From: the human T2T-CHM13v2.0 reference genome, Homo sapiens
Reading direction: 5' to 3' (one strand)
Length of the DNA stretch: 64,000 nucleotides
Assembly (NCBI RefSeq): GCF_009914755.1
Contig: NC_060927.1
The position numbers and the translations under genes were made by a program. Numbering within the stretch: position 1 is the stretch's first letter; every line of letters begins with the position of its first letter. Below the pieces are notes generated by a model, which was not told the origin of the DNA, did no database searches, and saw only the letters and a program-made list of their open reading frames with translations. Below, piece after piece: positions 45,970-59,787 of this stretch.

Positions 45970-48026
45970 CCTTCCAGGGGGTATCTTGTTTTTGATTCTA
46001 TCTCCGCCCTTTTTCCTGGACAGAAAATAAACATGCAAACAAAAACCCTATTGGAACAAAAATATAAATTTCTGGAAAACATTAAAAGCACTCATTTACT
46101 AATGTATTAATTAAAACAATATTTACTGAGCACCTACTATGTGTCAGATGCTGCATGCTAGGCACTAAAAATAAAAAAGAATATAGCATGGTGCTGTCTC
46201 CAGGTAGCTCACAGTCAAGTGGGCAGCAAGCAAGTGCTGGGAATTCTCTGACACATCTGGAAACATCTGGGGGTGCTTCTCATGGTGGGGCTTATTCATT
46301 AGAGCCCATCCAGAAGTGCCACATCAGTCTCCACGAATTAAAATCAGGAGAGCTTTGGCCATTTCTCATTTGAAGACCTTGGCTAACTGAAAGAAATCCA
46401 CATTTTAATAACATTTTGAATGGGTTGATAAAATAGGAACAGATGGTTAAAGTTTGTCATTTTAGGGAAAATAATGAAATATTGTACTGCTTAATCTGTC
46501 TTCCTGTCACACTCTTCCCTATCCCCTCCCTACTGAAAATATATTCAGATGCAACAAAACTTAAAGCAAAATACTAATATCTTCTTAGACACTTTAGGTC
46601 TCTTCACCTGAAAGTGCTCTAATTGTGTCAGCCATCTCTGTGTTAACTTTATCTTTTTTTTTTTTTCAGACACATTCTCACTTTGTCACCAGGCTGGAGT
46701 GCAGTGGAGCAATCTCGGTTCGCTGCAATCTCTGCTTCCTGGGTTCAAGTGATTCTCCTGTCTCAGCCTCCTAAGTAGCTGGGACTCCAGGCGCATACCA
46801 CCATGACTGGCTAATTTTTGTATTTTTAGTAGAGACGGGGTTTCACCATGTTGGCCAGGCTGGTCTTGAACTTCTGGCCCCAAGTCATCTGCCTGCCTCA
46901 GCCTCCCAAAGTGCTGGGATTACAAGTGTGAGCCACTGTGTACAGCCTTTGTGTTAACTTACTTTGAATTAGCCCCTTATTCCAAAGCTGCCTCCTGAAA
47001 GGAGGCTTCCTAAAAGGTGTTGCTTTGGGGTAAATAAGAGGTGCTGGTGAAGTGAGACTAGCTTGCGCATCTCTCTGCCATGAAGGAAACTAGCTCCGCA
47101 GACGTTTTACTAACCACAGCAGACCCCCTCCTTGAGGAACCCAGAAGGGCAGAGGTAAGTTGGGTAACGTGTTCTTAAGTCTTCCATTTACCTGACCCTG
47201 GGGTTCATATGGGGATAAGCTCCAGCTGCTGACACCTTCTGATCAAGAGAAGGCAGAATGTCACCACTATCACCTGCACTTTGTTTGGATTTGCCTCTAT
47301 ACCCACTGCATTTCTCTGATGTTTTTTTCTACCATTCTGTTTGGACAGAGCATCAGATGAAATCAACTGCTGAGAGAGGGAAGTGAGTGCTGTGTTGGCA
47401 CCGCTGCCAGAAACTCTTGAGAATGAGCATCGTGTGCCACTTATCCACTGCTTGCCGACTTCAGTAGCAAGAGCCTCCAGAATGCTCATGGATAAACATC
47501 ATCTTTGTGGCCACACATTGTTTTATGAGCTGAGTCATCAGACTGGCTGGCTCCTTAAATGCTGCTGTGTGATTCTCTAGGCAGCAGAAAACAAGGAGAG
47601 AAGATATGAAGTGTATCTCATCGAGCTTTGTAGAGGGCCAGTATCATTCACCAAAGGTGATGGGGGATTTACCATTATGGAGTTTGCTTGTGATAAAAAA
47701 TTATTGATCAACTTAAACTCTAAGAGAAAAAGATGATGCTGTCTGCATTTCTTGTAAATTATTTATAAAATTTGTTTGGGTATCGGCTATTTTTAACAGC
47801 CACCAGTCTTAACGAATTTCCTGCAGAAAACTTGATTCCTTCCTTGCTCATCGAGTTGCAATTTATCATCTAAGGTAATGAGTTAAACCCAAAAGTAACA
47901 GTGACATGATAAGTGAAACTGTTTGCATACTTTGTTTTTTAAATTGCTCTATCATGTTTATCTTTTTTATAGCTACTCAATAAGACATTGCAATGAATTT
48001 TTAATTAAAACCAATATGTCTATAAC
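45970..48026 (+). ncRNA. LINC02019: Probable spliced lncRNA upstream of DOCK3 (locus recalled as LINC02019; 5' end uncertain)
   Basis: Seen in sequence: consensus donor GAG|GTAAGT at 47155, acceptor ttctctag at 47580, ATTAAA at 48004. The name and 5' limit rest on recollection of the MAPKAPK3-DOCK3 interval. Confidence 0.55.
46655..46947 (-). mobile_element. Alu (AluS)
   Basis: Poly-T followed by antisense Alu; TSD tgtgttaactt. Confidence 0.95.
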
Positions 48027-51000
48027 AAAGAAATTTAATTAATTAGAGTTTCTGAGTTTGCCGATTTGTGACTTGCTGAGGTAAACATCTCAGTTCTCTC
48101 TTCCAACCTATTTCATTATGGTCTCAGAAAACGTACAGGGAGATTATTCACCCAAGAGTGTATGTTAAATTCATGTTAGGTGGTAGGCACTATGTTAGTC
48201 TCTGTGTAAGGTAAAAATAATTGAAGAACAATCCTTGTCACTGAAGAAAAAAACAGATGTTTGCCAATGTGAGAAGCAGACCCATTTGATCTCTTGGAGA
48301 AGGGTGGAATGAGTAAGTGCTACAGAAAAGGTCATAATGGGTGCAAAAAATCCAGCTGAACTGAGGGCAGTTGGGGAAGCCTTCTTCAGGAAAGTGGCCC
48401 TGAGACAGCTCTTGAAGCATGATGCAGATGTGTGGGTTTCAAGAGTAGAGGACACAAGCTGAGGGACACTCTATGCAAAAACCCAGCCAGAACAAGGCAA
48501 TGGTCTGAAGTTGGGATGGCCCTGGGGAATTCTGGGAAAGTAGTTTCCAGGAGGTGACAGGGTCAGAACGCAGACCTTCAGGTGGTGAGAATCAAATGAA
48601 TTACATTGAAATAAAAGGATTTGGAATGGATGATTCTCCTTTGTAGTCAGATGGAGAGAGGAGGAAGAGAGAGGGAATGGGGGGATGAGGGTACCAACAG
48701 GGCAGGTCTTCCTGGGACCGCAGGAGTCTGTGGAGCAGGTCAGGGTGAAAATGGGAGACAGGGCAATGATAGTTGGGGATCCTGAGAAGTAGCAGGCAGT
48801 GAGCCTGGTGGTGGCGAGAACACAAAGAAGAGCAGTTGGAGAGGAGGGGAGGTTACTGTGCTGAGGGTCTCGATTTTCAGAGGCAAGCTGGAAGGCAGCT
48901 CATATGCTGAGAGAGTGTGTGTGTGGTGTGTTGAGTGGACTGGGAGCCTGAGGAAGGAAAGGATCAGAGCAGATGCTAGGGGGATAAGAGAGCAGGTGCA
49001 TGGTCCTGCTGAAGGCCAATGTGTGCTATGCCCTTTTGCTTCAACTCACAAAAACAATCTAAATTTATACAAACAGCAAGAGTGTAGGAGTCCAGGCTTA
49101 CTAAGTCCCTTCCTTCTCACTTTGGTCCCTTCTTTTCCCTTCCCTGGTTGGGTTTAATGCCCTTCCACCCTGGAGCTGAGGTGTGCAATCATGGAGAATT
49201 TTCTTCATCTGGGAAAGCCATAATCTAAGATGGATTCAGACTGGGAACAAGAGTATAAACTTTGGAAAAACTGGCCCTTAGGCTCTGTGACTGTCATCAC
49301 ATACAGCAGACAAGGGAGTGAACTTAGAGGATGAAATAAGAGCTTTAAGGTTGTTCCCTGAAGGCCTGCGTAGCTCAGCCCCACTTGTTGAATAGCTACC
49401 TGGAGAGTTTTGTAAGAATGTGGCTTCATTCCATAGAATACTTCCATGGTGGCCACCGGGGAGGGGTCTATCTTCTTGGAACAGTTAGCTCTTTCGTTAT
49501 GTTCTTGGACACCCCTGCTACCCCTAAAAAGAAGTGTACCTGGCTATTGAGAAATTCTATCATTCACAGAACAGACATTTTTCTGGGCGGGAGTGGGCAG
49601 CTATGATTAGTGAGAGGAGGAGCCTAAAGATCCGAAGGTGGGAAGGGGTGGCCATAACCCAGGGGAGCACAGTCAGGCCTGGGAGGAGTTACCAATCATG
49701 ACACTTTGAACGAAGAATCAACAAGATCTGTTGATTGCAAGATATTCTTCTATTAGTCTGGCTTCCCATGCAACAACTATACAACAGGTGCTGGGTTGGT
49801 GGTGAGGGTTTAGAAAGTTGATTTTAGCCTGGAGCTTGCCTTCTGGGAGCTGACAGTCTTATAAGGGAAATAAGACAAACCGAACATAGCTCCAATTCCA
49901 GACAAAGAAGGAAAGGAGACTATGGGTCAGGGCAGGCTTCCTGGAGGTGAGGGGCTGAGCTGGGCTTTGAAGAGTGGTGGTGTCTGAGAGTGCTAGTGAA
50001 GGATGACACCAGGGTTTTGACTTAGTAGTGCTAGTGACAGAGATGGGCAAATCTGCTGGGATTAGAGCATGTGGTCCAAATGTAGGTGGAAAGGAGAAGT
50101 CCTGCAGTTCCTGTTCTTTGGTAAGTGGTTGACTTGGGGGTCACAAGGTGACATTTACAGGCATCAGAATGAATGGATTCTTAGGGAGGAGAGAGAGGAG
50201 GAAAGTTTCCGGTAGGAGCCAGTTCTTAGGGCTCCAAGGGAGGCAGACACCCAGGAGCAGCAGATGCCGTGTCCTGGGTAGGAACACGAAGGGCCCAATG
50301 AAGCGCTTCCTTACTAGCAAGGCGGCTGTTGATTGTTCTGGCCCCAAACATTCACCACTCAGGCCATCTCAGAGAAGCAAGAACCCAGGAGGTGTCAGCG
50401 GCCTCAGCCCACAGGGGATCCAGGAGAGAGGGGCACGAGTGCACCCCACCTGGTTCCCTCGTGGCGACTCCATCCTGCGGGCCCTGGGAATGCACAGGGT
50501 GGCTCCGGGGACCTTTCCGACAGCACTGTGGGTGACACTGGGATGGGTCTGAAAATGGTGTCGTGTCCTCCTTTTCTGGATCTCCCCTCTCCGACCAGGA
50601 GGCCTGTGGCCATCTCGGGGCGCAGGCAGGAGGCACTGGAAGCGGAAGCGAGTGGGGAGTCCGGGTAGAGGGAGTCGCCCACCTGACCGGCTTCGCCCCC
50701 TCCGGAGTTTGCTGCAGCTGAGGGCCCCGGACCAGCGATTCTAGAAGCCGGTCCGGGGCCGGGCAGTCCAATAGCTTCTCGCGGATTTCCCTCCGCTGGC
50801 GCGCAGCAGCGGCGCGTGGATTCGCGCGCGGGCTCGGGACGGCGCGAGCCCGGGCAGCGCGAGCCCCTGCGCGGCAGGGAGTGGCGCATGCGCGGGCGTC
50901 CTGCGAGCCCGCTGGGGCGAGCCGAGCCGCGGCGGCGCCGGGAGCCGGGCGGCGGAGCTGTGAAGAAGCAAGCGGCGGCACGGGAGCAGCGGCGACGGAC

Positions 51001-51057
51001 AGGTGGCGAGCCTTCGCCCGCGCCGCCAGGGGCTGCTGGGCCACCCGCGGAGCCTCG

Positions 51058-51141
51058 CGGTCCAGACGTGGCGGGGGTGGCGGCGGCATCCCGGACGGCC
51101 TGTGAGGGATGCGCCGCCCACTGCCCCGCGCCGCCTGACCG
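51058..51141 (+). ncRNA. MIR4787: pre-miR-4787 hairpin in the DOCK3 5'UTR
   Basis: 84-nt fold-back CGGTCCAG...CTGACCG; arms GCGGGGGTGGCGGCGGCATCCC (51071-51092) and GATGCGCCGCCCACTGCCCCGCGC (51108-51131) are recognised as miR-4787-5p and -3p. Confidence 0.85.
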
Positions 51142-51241
51142 TCCCCGCCTCGACTCGCGGTGCGCCACAGCCGGGCCCGCGGCCGTCCCCGCCGCGTTGT
51201 CGCCCGGTCGCCGCGCCCGCGGGGCCGCGCCCGGCACGGCC

Positions 51242-51278
51242 ATGTGGACCCCCACGGAGGAGGAGAAATACGGCGTAG
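51242..51278 (+). CDS. DOCK3: DOCK3 first coding exon (MWTPTEEEKYGV, start of the SH3 region)
   Basis: gccATG in the CpG island; peptide matches the DOCK3 N-terminus; G|gtaggt donor, phase 1. The rest of the window is intron 1. Confidence 0.93.
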
Positions 51279-51422
51279 GTAGGTGAGGCTCAGGCCTGGC
51301 CGTGGCGGGGGTTCTGGGGGACGCGCCCAGCTCCCGGCCCCGCCTGGATTCGCATCCTCGTGCCCCCGCCACTGCCCGCAGGCTGCGCGGCCTCGGCGCG
51401 GGGCGAGCGCGGGGTGGGGGCA

Positions 51423-51446
51423 GGTGCGGGTGCGGGTGCGGGTGCG
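51423..51446 (+). repeat. (GGTGCG)4 tandem repeat in a G-rich tract
   Basis: Direct inspection. Confidence 0.85.
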
Positions 51447-54400
51447 GGGGTGGGCGCGGGTCTCTGTGCAGAGAGGGCGGCAGGGGGCGCTGGCGGTGCG
51501 GCCTTGGCAGGTGCGGCCCGCGGGAGGGGTGGGCAAGGCCCGGGCAGTTGCCCGAGGTTTCTGGTGTGGGCCACGGGGCAATTTTACCCGATAAACCAAA
51601 TTCTGGGAATATGTTTTCTCCCCTCCAAAAGCTCGATTTTAATGAGTTTCCGCACCTGAATTGATGAGCCCGATGGCTGTTTATTTTTGATCTGGAACCT
51701 TACAAGAAAACGGATGAAAAACGTTGACATCATTTTCCCAGTTCAAAAATTTGGACATTTGACTGCAAATGTTTGATCTGTTTTAATTTGTTTTGCCTTT
51801 AGTATTAGAAATAATACCTTACGATGGGAAATGTTTTTGGACATGTATCAATGTTTATACGGTTTTTTTTTAAACCCTGTTTTCAGATGAGACCTTATTC
51901 CTCTTAGAAACCTTTTTTTAATGTTGTAAGTGTTAAACTCCAGAAGCTAAATAATTCTTACAATATTCAACTTCTTTAAAAAGAATATTCAGTAATTTAA
52001 AGTATTGAATGTTTTACAATGTTAGTGTTTTGTGGCAATTACATGATAGAGTTAAGCCTCATTGCATCACCTATCATCTTGTTCAGTTAGAAACAGATTT
52101 AAAATGTTGAGTGTACAGGTTTTGTTTTTCCTAAGCTCGTAATGGAAAATTTTAGATAGGAAACCTGTCTAAACATAGATTTTTGTTTCCCATCTTTACC
52201 GCAATTTAATCAAGATTTAGTTCACAATTCACTACAAAATAACTTGAAACTGCAGTGGTAACGAATGTTTTGGAATGCTATCAGGCAGGTTATCGTGTGA
52301 AAATTGAATTTATTTAAATTCGAGGACCAGCAGAGAGGTCTTCTATTCTGGTAGAAGATCTTGTTTTAAAAGGTAACTTTCTGAAACAATTAGGTATGTT
52401 AGGATGGAGGTGATAAAGGGAGCTCTGGTCCTAGAGTCTCTATTGAGAAGGAATTGAGAAATGATGCGAAGAGCTGGGATTCACCTCTAGGGACATTTTA
52501 CCCCTTCTCTTAGAGTATTCCCTGAATACTGAGTTGATTCTGTGAAGTGAGGAGTTGGTGGTTTATCTTCTCCATAACTCGCTCCCAGAACTGCTGAACT
52601 AGAATAACAAATAATTGATGTGAGTGGTCAACTCTCCAGTGGCACCCCATGATTGATTTTTTTGGAGGGGGGAGGAGCCCTATTTTGGCGGGGGTGGGGG
52701 CGTGGGGGGAGGAGCCCTTGAATAGTGGACAAAGTGGAATTCAGAGTCCTAGCTTCTCTTTACTGGTGGTGTGGGCAAGTAATTTAACATCATTTAACGT
52801 CATTTTATTAATGTATAAATTGGGGATAATGTTTACCTATCTTACAGGATTGTGAAAGTGAAATGAGAACGTGCTGAATGCTTAATAGTTTCTTCTTTTC
52901 CCTTAGTATTTAGACTAATAACACTAAGTGTGTTCTGAGACAGAGCCAGTGCAAGGTAATCAAGATAGGTACATGTGAATCTCAAAGCACTAGGATTTGG
53001 TGTGTGATTTTCCCAGCAAGATGCAACGAAATTCTTGCATTCCTAGGATTGTGTGTTTAGCTTTAGAAAAATTGTTATTCCCTTTGGAGGGCCACAGCAT
53101 TGGGCTCAGGGCAGAGCTTAATGCTTGCTAAATGAGAGAGACAGTTACACTGAAGACATTTTCATAGCAGCTGTGGTTTAGCATAACTTAGATGCCTTTT
53201 CTACCAAACCAAGCAACTCTCTATTTATCTCACAGTCTTCCACTGTCCCTTCCTTAGTTATGATCTAAAAGTTTTTGTGTAAATTGTTTAAAACTCAGGA
53301 CACATTTTTTTTCATAAGGATGTTAGGGCTACACTTCTAGAACTTTTCATAAAATCCACTTTATAAAGTAGCTTATACATTATACTTATGAGAAAAATAG
53401 TCAATTAAAACGGCATTTTTGCTGCATCATTTGATTGCTATGAGGGCTAGCTTGAAAATATAACCATTATCATTTTCCTGTGAGAAAATGTTTGAGTTTC
53501 AGCTTTGATTTTTATGACTAACTTGGAGCACAGATTTGTGTCTTTGTTTGTCAACCTATAATCACATAGCAAGGAGGGAAACCCCTTACACTTACTTCCT
53601 ACCAATTTGGAGAAATTTGTGGAGGAGGGCCTCGAGGGCCTCCTTTTGCCCTGATGTTAGTGAGGGAAGGAGTCCCCTGTTGCAGCAGTACAAAGGGTTT
53701 TTTCCACTGCAGCTGTTCATTTGTATTTGACATTGATAAGGCTTTGAGATCCTGTAGTAATACTTATTAAATTTTTTATAATATAGGAATTCTGTACAGG
53801 TTATAACATGACTGAATTGTTTGGTTTATTCATTTAGGATGAGGTGATGACTGAGCCCCCCTTTCCATTGTAATATTCTGTGAGTGACTTTAGGCAGTGG
53901 GGAGGACATTATCCTTTCTGAGGGTCAGTGATAGGCCTGTCAGTGTGCCTGGGACTCTCACTTAGGTAACCCCATGTCGATTCCCAGAGTAGTCTTAATG
54001 TTATCATTATTACACAGATAAAGAAACTGGATCCCAAAGGTTGTTAATTTTTTTTTTTTTGTCCTTCAACGATTGTATATTTTTCTTAATTTTCTTCTTG
54101 GCAGTGGGCAGTATTTTGTGAAATACTTGACTGTCTTGCTTTCTTTTTGTGGTACTGTAAGGTACTGTTCTTTACTGTACCCGTTCGCCCGTGTTTTGAC
54201 TTCTTATGTCCCTTTCCCTCTTAGAGAATCTCTGCTTTCCTTTCTGTTGCCATGAATGCTTGGAAAGTCCTGCATCCTTCCATTCTTTATTCTACCTTTC
54301 CAAGAAGCTTCCTGCTCTAAAGTGTATTAGGTGAGAAAAATCCAGCTATTTTTGTGAAACACCTGTCTTTCCCTATACTGACTGTACCCAGAGTACCAAA

Positions 54401-54565
54401 TATAGAATACAAAAACCAAGAAAATGCTTTTCTCACCCTCTAACAGGAGCAACAGCAGGAGCAGCAAGCACCAACAGTTTTTAAAACAAAAATGTTTGTA
54501 ATTACACTCCTTGAATAGAAAAGTGGTAAAGGTTTGAGTACATAGGTATTAGTTTGACGTCTTAG

Positions 54566-55249
<684 letters not shown>

Positions 55250-56148
55250 AAGGCAAATTTTTGAGTAATTTAGGGCATTTATTGCTTATTTTTTATTAAT
55301 CCCTCTTAGTAGAACATGAAAAATTTTTCTCATTACCAATCTGAAGACCTTACATTTTAGTTTTGTAATGTTATATTTATTTTTTCCTATTTAAAAAGTA
55401 ATGCGTATTTTATGCATTATTTTTACCTAACTTCCTTTTGGTTAGGTTTCTCCAGATAGGGAAGAAAAGCACTTAAAAACAAACAAACAAACAAACAAAC
55501 AAATCCTGAGTCCTTAAAAGAAACTTGTAAAGATCCTGTGGTGCAGGAAAAGAATCTGAAGGTGGGGAGGAAATAGATCCTTGAAACCAGATCTGGAAGA
55601 ATTAGTGTTCACAAAATTTGAGTAAATCTGTTGGTAAATGGACTAGAACTCACCAAAATAGTCTGAAGACAGTGTGCTCTTTAGTTATTTATTCAGTGAG
55701 GGAAGCCCAACCTTTGCAACCTCTGGAAGGGCCCCAATACCCCTTTAGAGGTAAAGACATCATCCACTAGGGGTAGGAAAGATTTCATAGACCTATGACT
55801 TTATTTTGTTCTGAAAAGTGAGGATGTGCTTGATGTCTTGTTTAGTGTTTATGGGGAACTTCCTTATTCATGATTCTACTTGAGCTTTACACTATATCAC
55901 CACCTCTCCCCTCTTTTTTAAACAGATGAGAAAGAAGCTTTAGCTGAGAGAAATTAAGTAACTGATCTAAGATACTTTAGATAGTAAGTGCTGAGTTGAG
56001 ATTTGAACCTAGGACTTTGAGATTCTAAGCCACAGATTGTATTATTACACCGTGTCCTCTGAAAGGAATTGTCAGTAGTATATGACTGTGGCTTGAAAGA
56101 TAAGACATACTCTGCAGTTTTCAATTTAAACTGGATAGTTATATTTAA

Positions 56149-56780
<632 letters not shown>

Positions 56781-57097
56781 TGTTGCCTACTTTTTAATGG
56801 GATTATTTGGTTTTGCTGCTGAGTTCCTTGTATATTCTGTATATTAGTCCCTTATCAGATAAATAGTTTGCAAATATTTTCTCCCATTCTGTAGATTGTC
56901 TCTTTACTCTTTTTCCTTTGCTGTGCAGAAGCTTTTAGTTTAATGTAGCCCCATTTGTCTATTTTTGTTTTTGTGGCCTGTGCTTTTGAGGTCTTAGTCA
57001 TAAAATCTTTGCCTAGACCAATGTCCTGAAGCATTTTCCCTATGTTTTCTTTTAGTAGGTTTATAGTTTTGGGTCTTATGTTTAAGTTTTTAATCAT
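56781..57097 (-). mobile_element. L1M ORF2 C-terminal fragment
   Basis: Minus-strand translation IKNLNIRPKTINLLKENIGKMLQDIGLGKDFMTKTSKAQATKTKIDKW matches L1 ORF2p. Confidence 0.9.
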
Positions 57098-58633
57098 CTT
57101 AAGTCTATTCAGTAGACTTCAGATTTCTAGTTCGTTTTATCATGCAGTATTAGAATATGATTTAGAAACATTAAGCTAAATTGTAAACATGGCACCTATT
57201 TCTGTGTAGTATTAGATGCATTCTGAAGCAGGGCAGTCTCAAAAGAATGGTCATTGAGGTTGAAAGTACTTTAACCTTCATAGCATATTTTTACATTGGT
57301 GCTAAATTTTAATTTTTAATAGTTTGTATTTTGAATTTTTTAAAATTTTTGTGTCTTTATTCTTTAAGAATGATCTGAAATTATTCCCAACATGTAAGCA
57401 TTATTGGGTATGCTATATTAGGATTTTAATTCCAATGTTATGCTTTTATTGTAATGAACAAGCCAAACCTGTTTATGATTATGCATTTAATTGTTTTGCA
57501 TACCCCCTTTTGACAGCTTTTGCAGGGAGAAGCAAGCATTTTTTTCACATAAAGGCTCTTAAAACCTTAAATTTTTTTTATACATCACCAAATTATTTTA
57601 GCTAAGTACTTGCAGTTGATTTGCTATATCACACCTTAGGGATACTCTAGTAAAGATAATTACTATGTTGGGAAATGTCATTCAGAAGCTTCCCATTTTC
57701 CTGCTTATCTACAATGGAATAAAATCCCATCCTCCTACTTTAATATGATTCTCCCTCTCCCTTCGGAACTCATTCATGAGCTCTTGCTAATAAGTGAGAA
57801 CCAACATGATAGAAGAATTAGAGTGTGATAAACACAGAACTTGATAGTACTGATTTAGTACCATACCTTCAACAGATATGTATTTGGCCTATATTCAAAC
57901 ATATCTATTGCCAATGCCCTCACCACTTTTTGGGACAGCCCATTTTATTGTTAGCTGTAATGAGAACATTCTTCCTTATTGAGTAGACTAATGACTCCCT
58001 GTAGTTTCTTATAAGTCCTTGTTCTGTGCCTTCATATAAATAACTTGCATCATAGCTCTTCAGTAAGTCATAAACTTTAGAACTCTAAGAAATCTTAGAG
58101 ATAATATGGTTTAAGGCCCCAGAGCTAAGACTAGTTGGAACAGCTAGCATTCATGGTTTATCATGTATCCAGCACTTTCATGTTATGGTTCAAATTTGCA
58201 TGTTCAGCCTCATCCACTGACTTGTTAATACTTTACACTTTAGCCAAACTGAACTTTCTCCAGGTTCTTCTGTTTGTACTTAACTCATAACTAGTGCCGC
58301 CATGTCCCAGGACCATTAAACACATATTTGCTGCATCATGTCTTTGTTCATATTGTTCCTTCTACACAGAGTGCCTTTCCCCCATGTCTTCATTTCTTAA
58401 ATTATTTCCAGCCTGCCAAGACTTCTCTCATATATTGTTATCTCTGTAAATCCTTTCCTAGATTCTTGGCCCTACCCCTCTCTTTCTCCAACCAGATATA
58501 TTTTATTCTGTTAAATCCTGTTATACTTTGTATTTTGTAGTGGTATATTTACTTTATCCTCTTCATTAGACTAATGTCTTTCCAACTTTTGACTATGACC
58601 TACAATAAAAAATACATTTAAAATTCTTATTTG

Positions 58634-58988
<355 letters not shown>

Positions 58989-59787
58989 TCAGAACCAGGC
59001 ATGCAGAAGGTTTTACACACGTATTTGTAGCATTGAATTGGACATTTTTATTAATGTGGTATAAAGACTGCTTTTTGGAGACTTCTGAGGTGCCATTTCA
59101 CACTAATTGCTCATACTGAATTTATAACAACTCTAGGTTTTATTTTATATGAACTGAAGTCAAGCTATATCCCCTCCATCCTGAACTTGTGTGATTGATA
59201 TTAAACAGAAATGTAAAATTTTAGTTTCATTTAAAAAGTATTTTATATTTCCGTTAACATTAACACTGTATTTAGCTCATGAGTACAACCTGTCAAATCT
59301 TTTTGAAGCTTAAGTTTGTGATCCAAGATATTACTATATTTTCTTTGGACCTTTACGCAATTGATAAGCCTGTCTTCTATGTTTTTCCAAGTGGCTAATA
59401 AAAATGTTGGACAGGAGAGGAAGAAAATTTTATGGTCCTAGAGGGGAATTATGTCTAGTGTATAAACAAGTAGTGTCTGCAGTGTTGTGATTTGAATGCA
59501 GATTATCTGTATGAACATTTTATGATAGTGCCAGCCATACCACCTTTGTGAACTTGATAATGTTTGGGGTTAGGATGGGCTCCTTAGCCTTAGTTCATGG
59601 CTATGGTGTTTTAACAAGGGGGAAAGATGCTGCTAAAAAGTCTGTATGGACTTACTAAAGCATGGGGAGTGAGAAAGAAATATCAGCATTGAAAAGATGT
59701 TAACTTCATTTTCATCTTCCTGTACAGGAGGAAGGGTGGCACTAAACTTTTCTCAGAGTTTTGTTTCTGACATTCTCTCCACATTTT

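Larger units (their letters stand above)
50570..51590. promoter_or_regulatory. DOCK3: CpG island and DOCK3 promoter
   Basis: Very high GC and CpG density; ETS-like GGAAGCGGAAG at ~50638, CCAAT at 50768, NRF1 palindrome GCGCATGCGC at 50884-50893. Confidence 0.92.

Noticed and set aside
47108-47119. Perfect TACTAAC branch point before cacag
   Set aside because: Only about 5 nt from the AG, too close for normal branch use; more plausibly exonic sequence of the candidate ORF.
50352-51599. 415-aa and 322-aa minus-strand ORFs over the DOCK3 promoter
   Set aside because: Arg/Ala/Pro/Gly-rich products with no recognisable domain; expected from stop-codon depletion in a CpG island.
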